Shown here piece by piece: positions 25,498-32,467 of a DNA stretch of 39,388 bases; the stretch's first letter is position 1, and every line of letters starts with the position of its first letter. The stretch comes from an uncultured Phycisphaerales bacterium (GTDB lineage Bacteria; Planctomycetota; Phycisphaerae; Phycisphaerales; UBA1924), in contig CALAFV010000276.1 in assembly GCA_937891445.1 (NCBI GenBank), positions 1 through 39,388 of the forward strand, read 5' to 3'. The notes beneath the pieces are model-generated. The model searched no databases. It was not told where the DNA came from and saw only the letters and a program-made list of their open reading frames with translations. A program made the position numbers and the translations under genes.

Positions 25498-25539
25498 CGC
25501 ACCCGCTCCCCTCACCTCGTCCTTCTCCGGCGGTACACC

Positions 25540-28500
25540 ATGGGATTCTTCCAAGACGCGCTCAACAGGGTGAAGAAGGCCTTCGGCTCCAAGGGCACCG
25601 GCGAGTCCACGCAGCCATGCCCGCTGAAGGAGACCGGTCTGCTCGTCGTGGTCGTCCGCGACGACAACCACGCCGCCGTCACCGGCGCGGGCGTGGACAT
25701 CAAGGGCAAGACCCCGTTCAAGAAGCAGTCCGACAACCAGGGCATCGCTCTCTTCAAGCCCGTCGAGCCCGATACCTACAGCGTCACCGCAACGCTCCCC
25801 TCCTCGATCAAGGACGACTTCTCCCCCCCCGACGCGACGCAGGCCACCGTCCCCCTCGGCGAGTGCCCGATCCACATCGTGCACGTCCAGCCTCTCGCCG
25901 CCCTGAAGGTCCGCGTTGTCTACCGCGACCCCAACTCCTCCGACCCCTCCGCGGAAACATACCTCGACGGCGTGACCGTCCACGTGGAGGGCGACCCCAA
26001 CTCGGGCAAGTCCCTCGCCGACCAGCGCACCGGCGCCGGCGCCACCGGCTGGGCCACGTACCAGCGCCTCAAGGCCGGGCAGTACAAGATCAGCGTCGCC
26101 TCCCTCGGCTCTCACGCCTCGAAGTACCTCCCTCCCGCCGAGGCCACTGTTGACCTTCTGCCGGGCAAGACGCAGGAGGTCACCCTCGTCGCCGTCCGCA
26201 GCACGCTCTCGGTCAAGGTCGTCGAGGACGCCGCCAATGGCAAGCCGATCAAGGGCATCAAGATCAAGGCCCGTGAGACGGGGAAGAACGCGGCGCTCGC
26301 CGACAAGACCAGTTCCGACTCCGCGCCCAGCGTCTACGAGCCCCTCGGCCCCGGCAACTACGAGGTCTCTCTCGTCCTGACCGACGAGGACAAGAAGAAG
26401 TACAAACTCTCGGGCGATCCCGTCCGCACCGTCGCACTCGGTGCGGCGGACCAGAAGGAAGTCGTCTTCATTCTGTGCCCGATGGTCCGGGTCCACCTCA
26501 AACTCCAGTTCAAGGACCCCGAGGACGCCAAGCGGCCGCTTCCGGAGAAGTTCCCCGTCCGCCTCGTCTCCGAGGTGGGCGACCCGATCGAGGCCTTCGT
26601 CGGCAAGGACGGCCTGCTCTACGACAAGGCCGGCGAGGGGGCCAAGCCCGGCATCGACGTGGAGCGCCGCCGCAAGACGTTGACCCTCGAGTTCCCCACT
26701 GACAAGCCCGCCTTCATCGTCTGCGAGAAGCGCGGCGAAGAGACCAAGACCCAGGAATACATCCCCGAGACCGATCCCTACAAGAGCGGCACGCCGCTCG
26801 CGGCCCGCATCGCCCGGGGCGCCCGCGCCCTGCGCACGCCCAAGGGCAAGTGGACGCTCAAGAACTCCGACTGGGAAGTTCTCGCCGGCGGCTCCGCGCC
26901 CCCGTGCTACAACAAGAACAAGGCGGCCTTCATCGACCTCGACAAGCCCGACACGACGATCGGCGACGAGTCCAAGCCGGTCGAACTCACCCTCGACCCC
27001 CACTGGCAGTTCCTGAAGTTCGAGTACTTCGACCGCTTCTACGGCCACAGCGTCTGCAAGGACAAGCCCATCTCGGTCCTGCCCCTCTTCATCGAGGGCT
27101 ACGCCAAGCCCCAGGACGACAAGGAAGTCCCCGTCGCCGACGACCTCACCACGCAGTGCAACTGGACGATCGGCCCCAACGACAAGGAACTCGTCCAGTG
27201 CGTCCCCTGGATCATCCGGCGGGACGACAAGGACGCCGAACTCAAGCACCCCACCAAGGACTGCACGCTCCGCTTTATCACCGACGAGGACCACCGCTTC
27301 ATCAAGTCCAACAAGATGTCGCGCGAGTTCTGCCGGCTCGACGACACGCACCCCGACAAGCACCACCTCCCCTGCGCCGATCGTCTCCGCTACTACGACC
27401 TCCCGGCCGAGTGGCGCTCCACACACTACTACTGCCGCCTCTCGGACAAGCCCGAGGACCAGGACTTCTATGAGATCCTCGTCGAGAAGGAGACCAAGAA
27501 GGACAAGCCCCTGATCTTCTCGCTCGACGACATGGTCCTCACCGACGAGACCCTCAAGCCCGTCGACTGGAGGTACGCCAACCCCGAGCCCGCCGGCACT
27601 CCCAACGACCGCGTCGCCATCTTCTCCCACAAGTTCTCCGGCCCCGCGTGGACCGACGGCCAGAGTTCGCCCACGCTCCTCAGCGCCGCCCCGCGCGCCG
27701 GCGGCGTGCCTCCCAAGCCCCAGCCCCGCACCGACCGCAGCAAGCCCGGCCTCTCGCCCGACGGCCTCTACCTCCACGAGGGCAAGGGCGACCGTCACGA
27801 CTACAGCGCCGTCTGCGTCCCCAGCAACTACATCGCCGACTACCCGGACTGGACGCGCCTCATCATCGCTCAGGGCAACGTCCACGATGTCTTCGACAAG
27901 CGCACCACCTACAAGACCAACGCCGGCAAGAGCAAGGTCGTCGGCGCACGCGCCGCCGTCCGCTGGGTCGAGTCCGCGAAGCCGGCGCACGCCGCGCTCA
28001 ACACCGTCAACCCCCGCCCGAGCCTGGTGAAGCACCCCTCCTCCGCAAGCGAGCCCTTCTTCGCCACCCAGCCGCTCTTCGAGCAGCGGTACCAGTGGTG
28101 GTACGAGCGGCTCGGCTCCGGCAACACCCTCGGCATCGGCCGCTTCGACCCCATCCTGCTCCGCTGCTGCGACGTCGAGTCCCAGGACGACAAGTCCGGC
28201 CAGACCGAACTCGCAGCCAGCATGATGTTCATGCGCGTCTCGTTTGACTTCCAGGCCGAGCCCGACGCCGGCAAGACGCGCGCGCAGTACATGGACCTGC
28301 ACAACAAGAACGTGTGCGACCGCTGGAACGGGCGCGAGCCCGGTCTGAGCAAGCCCACCACGTTCGTCCCGGTCGACGCCGCCAAGAAACTCAAGGTCCG
28401 CGCCTTCTACTTCGCCCAGAGCCACCCCCGCAGCCGCGCGCACCTCGAGTACAAGATCCTCGCCAACAACGATCCCAACGCCCGTCAGTGGTGCGGCAGT

Positions 28501-29559
28501 TCCAACGGCACCGGGATGCTCAAGAACGACGACTACCAGGCGACCGGCGCCCACATCGCCCCCGACTCCTTCACCGCCGCCCACGAGTTCGGCCACTTCG
28601 GCTCACAACCCGACGACTACGGCGAACGCTGGACCTGGTGCTCCGGCTGGCAACTCGACTTCATCAACTACGTCCCCGGCCTCCCCTACGACGACGACCA
28701 GCGTGCGATGATGCGCAAGAACCACACCGTCCGCGCCCGCAACCTCTGGTTCGCCGCCGAGTGGTGCCGCGTCGCCTCCGACGTGCCCTTCAAGGTCAAG
28801 TTCGGCAACGACGACCTGTACCACATCCCCAGGCACCCGCAGGCCCCCGCCCGCAACTACACCTCCTGGCCCGTCAAGCACCTCTACGACCAGACCGTCG
28901 GCGGCCGGTCCAAGTTCGATCTCTACCTCTACCTCCTCGGCGAGGACGCGACGTCCAAGAACGTCTACAACGTCGGCGGCACCGCGGACGGCGTGCTTGT
29001 CGTTGCGGTCAAACTCGAGTGGAACTTCAACATCGTGCCGGCTTCCTGGGCCATCCACGCCGTTTCGCTCATCGACCAGCACATCCGTTCCAAGTGCAAC
29101 GGCAAGTTCTACGCGACCGGGAAGGTCACCGTTGACGGCGAGGAGAAGACGCTCAACCGCTGCCTCATCATCTTCCAGCCCCGCTACCTCCTCACCCAGT
29201 GCACCGAGGATCCTCCCAGCCCGGCCACCCCGGCGGCGATGGCCAAGTACAACAACGCCGTCGCGCAATACAACACCAAGGTCGCCCAGGTCCGAGCCAT
29301 GAACGGCGGGCCGCACTTCAACATTACCGTCGACTTCGCCTCTCCCCCGCCCGCCCCCGCCTGGGGCGGCCCCGCTCCCGACCGCAACCTCGCCTACGCC
29401 ATCGACGGCAACAACACCGAGGCCAGGCTCCGCGGCGTCTTCTACCGTCACTTCCGCGAGATGATCGGCCTGCCCAACGGCAACACCGAGCCCGACGCCA
29501 ACGGACTCAAGCCCATCGCCGCGCTCATCCTCACCAACAGCGACGTCAGGAAGGCCTGA
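25540..29559 (+). CDS. Large (1339 aa) putative T6SS cargo effector: N-terminal prealbumin/CarboxypepD_reg-like beta-sandwich repeats plus a C-terminal HEXXH (HEFGH) zinc-peptidase-like region
   Basis: There are three or more modules of the type LLVVVVRDDNHAAVTGAGVDIKG...PDTYSVTATLP, LKVRVVYRD...KAGQYKISVASL and LSVKVVEDAANGKPIKGIKIKA...GPGNYEVSLVL. HEFGH is encoded at 28582-28596, in the context SFTAAHEFGHFGSQPDDYGERW. I count 22 Cys. There is no signal peptide. The gene lies immediately downstream of vgrG and DUF4123. Confidence 0.8.
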   Translation: MGFFQDALNRVKKAFGSKGTGESTQPCPLKETGLLVVVVRDDNHAAVTGAGVDIKGKTPFKKQSDNQGIALFKPVEPDTYSVTATLPSSIKDDFSPPDATQATVPLGECPIHIVHVQPLAALKVRVVYRDPNSSDPSAETYLDGVTVHVEGDPNSGKSLADQRTGAGATGWATYQRLKAGQYKISVASLGSHASKYLPPAEATVDLLPGKTQEVTLVAVRSTLSVKVVEDAANGKPIKGIKIKARETGKNAALADKTSSDSAPSVYEPLGPGNYEVSLVLTDEDKKKYKLSGDPVRTVALGAADQKEVVFILCPMVRVHLKLQFKDPEDAKRPLPEKFPVRLVSEVGDPIEAFVGKDGLLYDKAGEGAKPGIDVERRRKTLTLEFPTDKPAFIVCEKRGEETKTQEYIPETDPYKSGTPLAARIARGARALRTPKGKWTLKNSDWEVLAGGSAPPCYNKNKAAFIDLDKPDTTIGDESKPVELTLDPHWQFLKFEYFDRFYGHSVCKDKPISVLPLFIEGYAKPQDDKEVPVADDLTTQCNWTIGPNDKELVQCVPWIIRRDDKDAELKHPTKDCTLRFITDEDHRFIKSNKMSREFCRLDDTHPDKHHLPCADRLRYYDLPAEWRSTHYYCRLSDKPEDQDFYEILVEKETKKDKPLIFSLDDMVLTDETLKPVDWRYANPEPAGTPNDRVAIFSHKFSGPAWTDGQSSPTLLSAAPRAGGVPPKPQPRTDRSKPGLSPDGLYLHEGKGDRHDYSAVCVPSNYIADYPDWTRLIIAQGNVHDVFDKRTTYKTNAGKSKVVGARAAVRWVESAKPAHAALNTVNPRPSLVKHPSSASEPFFATQPLFEQRYQWWYERLGSGNTLGIGRFDPILLRCCDVESQDDKSGQTELAASMMFMRVSFDFQAEPDAGKTRAQYMDLHNKNVCDRWNGREPGLSKPTTFVPVDAAKKLKVRAFYFAQSHPRSRAHLEYKILANNDPNARQWCGSSNGTGMLKNDDYQATGAHIAPDSFTAAHEFGHFGSQPDDYGERWTWCSGWQLDFINYVPGLPYDDDQRAMMRKNHTVRARNLWFAAEWCRVASDVPFKVKFGNDDLYHIPRHPQAPARNYTSWPVKHLYDQTVGGRSKFDLYLYLLGEDATSKNVYNVGGTADGVLVVAVKLEWNFNIVPASWAIHAVSLIDQHIRSKCNGKFYATGKVTVDGEEKTLNRCLIIFQPRYLLTQCTEDPPSPATPAAMAKYNNAVAQYNTKVAQVRAMNGGPHFNITVDFASPPPAPAWGGPAPDRNLAYAIDGNNTEARLRGVFYRHFREMIGLPNGNTEPDANGLKPIAALILTNSDVRKA

Positions 29560-29566
29560 GCCACGT

Positions 29567-30964
29567 ATGACGCGTCCACGCACCGCCCAGCACGCCCGCG
29601 CGTCCAGGCCGTTCGCGGCCCGCCCCCTGTGGACCGCCGCCGCGACGCTGGCCGCCGCCGTGGCGTGCCTCGGCTGCCAACTCAACTCTCACAAGGACCC
29701 GAGCATGCCTCCCACGCCCTTCACCGAGTTCGGCCTCGACCCCAAGCCCGTCGCCGCGCCCGAGCCGCGCCGCATCGTCCCGCTCACCCAGCCCGCGCGA
29801 GCCGCTTCGGCGCGCCCGTCTCCCTCCGATCCCGACGGCGCTCTGCAGCCGTTCGCGAACGCTCAGCGGAACTCGCGGCTCCCGGCCTCGCTCCCAGCGG
29901 CCGAGTCGTGGGACCGCGCCGTCACCGTTCCCATCGCCGAGGACTTCATCCCGCACGGCCTCGTCGCCTCCGACCGCGTCGTTGTGCTCTCGACTCCCAT
30001 GGGGCTGCTCGCCTTCGGCCCCGACGGCAAGCAGATCGGCGGCCGCATCGACGCGCTGACCGACGGCGTTATCGCCCCGACCCAGTCTCACGTCCTCTGC
30101 GCCGACTCGAACGGGTTCATCGCCGGCCACCCCCTCGCCGCCGGCGCGCCCCGTTTCCAACTCAGCCCCTCCTTCGGCAACGTCTACCGCCGCGACTTCT
30201 TCGCATTCCTCGGCGGCCGCCTCGTCGTGGTCGGCCAGAAGTCGATTCCCCCCGTCGAACGCCGCGAGACGGAGCCCCCGAAGCCCGAGGCCATCATCGA
30301 CGCCTGGGACTGGCCCGAAACGATCAAGACCGACGAGGACGGCTACGCCGACAACGCGCCCAAGGTCCGCTCCATCATTACCCCCACGCCGACGCTGGCC
30401 GCCGCGGCCGTCGGCGAGGCTCTGGTTGTTGCCGTCCCCGATCACATCTACACGATCGACCGCGAACTGAACGTTCAGAGCGATCTCACCGGCGAGTTCT
30501 ACCCCCTCGCCCTCTGTTGCGACTCCCACGGCCGCATCTACCTCATCGCCCGCGGCACGCCCGCCGGCCGCCTCCTCGTCATCACACCCGACGCCCGCCA
30601 ACTCTTCGCGACCGATCTGCCCCCGCCGCCCCGCGGCGGCTACGCCCCGCCCATTGTCGGCTACGACCACACCATCTACATCCCCACCGAAGACCGCATC
30701 GTCGTCCTCGACTCCTCCGGCAAGGCCCAGCCGCCGATCCCGATTCAGGGCCGCTTCGCCGGCGCCGCCGTCACCGCCGACCATCACCTCCTGGTCGCCA
30801 GCGGCGACCGCCTCGTCGCCCACACCGTCGGCGCCGAGCCCACCGTGATCGCGGAGTTCCCCGGCGAGGCAGTCCGAACCGCCCCCGTCTTGCTGCGGTC
30901 CGGCGTCATCTGGATCGCGACCGACCGCAACCTCTACGCCCTCAAGCCCGTCCCGCGGCAGTAA
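29567..30964 (+). CDS. Exported (probable lipo)protein with PQQ/BamB-like beta-propeller repeats; candidate immunity protein
   Basis: N-terminus RPLWTAAATLAAAVACLGCQ looks like a signal peptide with lipobox-like Cys residues. Blade-like motifs recur: HIYTIDRELNV, RIYLIARG..GRLLVITPDARQLF, TIYIPTEDRIVVLDSSGK, HLLVASGDRLVAH, VIWIATDRNLYALKP. The start is 8 nt after the effector stop. Confidence 0.7.
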   Translation: MTRPRTAQHARASRPFAARPLWTAAATLAAAVACLGCQLNSHKDPSMPPTPFTEFGLDPKPVAAPEPRRIVPLTQPARAASARPSPSDPDGALQPFANAQRNSRLPASLPAAESWDRAVTVPIAEDFIPHGLVASDRVVVLSTPMGLLAFGPDGKQIGGRIDALTDGVIAPTQSHVLCADSNGFIAGHPLAAGAPRFQLSPSFGNVYRRDFFAFLGGRLVVVGQKSIPPVERRETEPPKPEAIIDAWDWPETIKTDEDGYADNAPKVRSIITPTPTLAAAAVGEALVVAVPDHIYTIDRELNVQSDLTGEFYPLALCCDSHGRIYLIARGTPAGRLLVITPDARQLFATDLPPPPRGGYAPPIVGYDHTIYIPTEDRIVVLDSSGKAQPPIPIQGRFAGAAVTADHHLLVASGDRLVAHTVGAEPTVIAEFPGEAVRTAPVLLRSGVIWIATDRNLYALKPVPRQ

Positions 30965-31000
30965 GCAGCGTCGCACGCACCACCATCAGAGGAGCCCGTC

Positions 31001-31387
31001 ATGGCGAATCAGGTCGTTTCCACCGCCCAGCTCCAGTGCACCTTCGGCGCCGCTCCTGCCGTTCTCAACGTCCTCCCGAATACCGTCACCATCGAGGGCA
31101 GGCCCGCCGCCACCATCGCCGACATGGTCCCCATGACCAACATCCCCTCCTTCGGGATGTGCAGCGCCCCCTCCAACCCCGCCGTGATCTCCGCGACCTC
31201 CGCGGCCTCCGGCGTCTTCACACCGGCCCCCTGCGTCCCCGCCACCGCGGCCCCGTGGGCCCCGGGCGCACCGACCGTCCTCATCGGCGGCAAGCCGGCG
31301 CTCAACAGCAACAGCAAGTGCAACTGCGCCTGGGGCGGCATCATCTCCATCACCGTCCCCGGCGCCACCAAGACCCAGGTCCCCTGA
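31001..31387 (+). CDS. DUF4280 PAAR-like T6SS spike-tip protein
   Basis: AQLQCTFGAAPAVLNVLPNTVTIEGRPAATIADMVPMTNIPSFGMC...PCVP...W..G.PTVLIGGKPALNSNSKCNCAWGGIISI matches the DUF4280 pattern as I remember it. 128 aa. RBS AGAGGAG lies upstream. Confidence 0.82.
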   Translation: MANQVVSTAQLQCTFGAAPAVLNVLPNTVTIEGRPAATIADMVPMTNIPSFGMCSAPSNPAVISATSAASGVFTPAPCVPATAAPWAPGAPTVLIGGKPALNSNSKCNCAWGGIISITVPGATKTQVP

Positions 31388-31397
31388 CTTCTCACCC

Positions 31398-32447
31398 ATG
31401 TTCACATCCCAGCCGCGCCGCACCGCGCTCGCGACCCTCGCCCTCCTGACCACGCTCGCCGTCGCCGCCGGCTGGGGCGCTCACGGCCACCGCACCATCA
31501 CCCTTCTGGCCCTCGACGGCCTCCCCGAATCCGCGCCCGCCTTCCTGCGGGACGCCGAGGTCCGCCGCCGCATCGCCGAGCAGGCCGTCGAGCCCGACCG
31601 CTGGCGTGGCACGCGTCTGGCCGCGATGACCCACGAGAACGATCCCGAGCATTACCTCGACGTCGAACTGCTCGAGCAGTTCGGCCTCACGCTCGAAACC
31701 GTGCCCCCGCTCCGCTACGACTACCTGCGGGCCATGGCCATCGCCAAGCACGTCCACCCGGAGAAGGTGGACCCCTACGACCGCCGCACCGACCCCGCCG
31801 GTTCGAAGGAGTGGCCCGGCTTCCTCCCCCACGCTATCGCCGAGCACTACGCCAAACTCCGCTCCAGTTTCCACACGCTCCGCATCCTCGAGGCCGTCAA
31901 CGACCCCGCCCGCGCGGCCCAACTCGAGAACGCCCGCGCCAACGTCGTCTACCACATGGGCATGCTCAGCCACTTCGTCGCCGACGCCGCCCAGCCCCTG
32001 CATACAACAAAGCACTTCAACGGCTGGGTCGGCGACAACCCAAGCGGCTACACCACCGACCGCCGCTTCCACGCCTTGGTGGACACCGACCTCGTCATCC
32101 ACCACGGCCTCTCCTACGACTCGTTGCGCGGCCGCGAGCGCACCCGGCGCCGCATCAACGCCGCGGACCCGTGGGACGACTGCATCGCCCACATCCGCCG
32201 CTCCTTCGACCAGGTTGAGCCCCTCTACCGCCTCGAGCGCGACGGCGCGCTCCGCGGCCCCGAAGGCAAGGCTCTCCTCGAGGCCCGCTTCCTCGATGCC
32301 GCCGACACCGTCGCCGCCCTTTACGCGGCCGCCTGGCGCCACAGCGAGCCCACCGAAGGCGAGATCGTCTCCTTCGCCAACTACAACCCCACCGAGCCCG
32401 CCCCCGGCTCGTCTCCGGCCCGCCGCCGCGGGTCCGAAAACCCCTAG
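31398..32447 (+). CDS. Exported S1/P1-family zinc nuclease
   Basis: Signal peptide MFTSQPRRTALATLALLTTLAVAAG|WGAHGH gives a mature N-terminal Trp, as in P1 nuclease (WGALGH). All the ligand motifs I remember are present with the right spacing: W1, H6, EPDRW, EHYLD, HFVADAAQPLH (H-x3-D-x5-H) and FHALVD (H-x3-D). Confidence 0.85.
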   Translation: MFTSQPRRTALATLALLTTLAVAAGWGAHGHRTITLLALDGLPESAPAFLRDAEVRRRIAEQAVEPDRWRGTRLAAMTHENDPEHYLDVELLEQFGLTLETVPPLRYDYLRAMAIAKHVHPEKVDPYDRRTDPAGSKEWPGFLPHAIAEHYAKLRSSFHTLRILEAVNDPARAAQLENARANVVYHMGMLSHFVADAAQPLHTTKHFNGWVGDNPSGYTTDRRFHALVDTDLVIHHGLSYDSLRGRERTRRRINAADPWDDCIAHIRRSFDQVEPLYRLERDGALRGPEGKALLEARFLDAADTVAALYAAAWRHSEPTEGEIVSFANYNPTEPAPGSSPARRRGSENP

Positions 32448-32467
32448 ACCGCACGTGGGCGCTGTTG

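Noticed and set aside
25129-28596. 1155-aa minus-strand ORF antisense to the large effector gene
   Set aside because: It is the same kind of antisense artefact (G/V/A/D/E/R-rich, no motifs). The plus-strand frame has protein-like composition, domain repeats, and tight coupling to the flanking genes.
31398-32447. S1/P1 nuclease as a PAAR-loaded T6SS DNase effector
   Set aside because: It has a cleavable N-terminal export signal. The family also needs the free amino group of the mature N-terminal Trp for zinc binding, which implies Sec/Tat export rather than T6SS loading. No adjacent immunity gene follows; the next gene is ppx.
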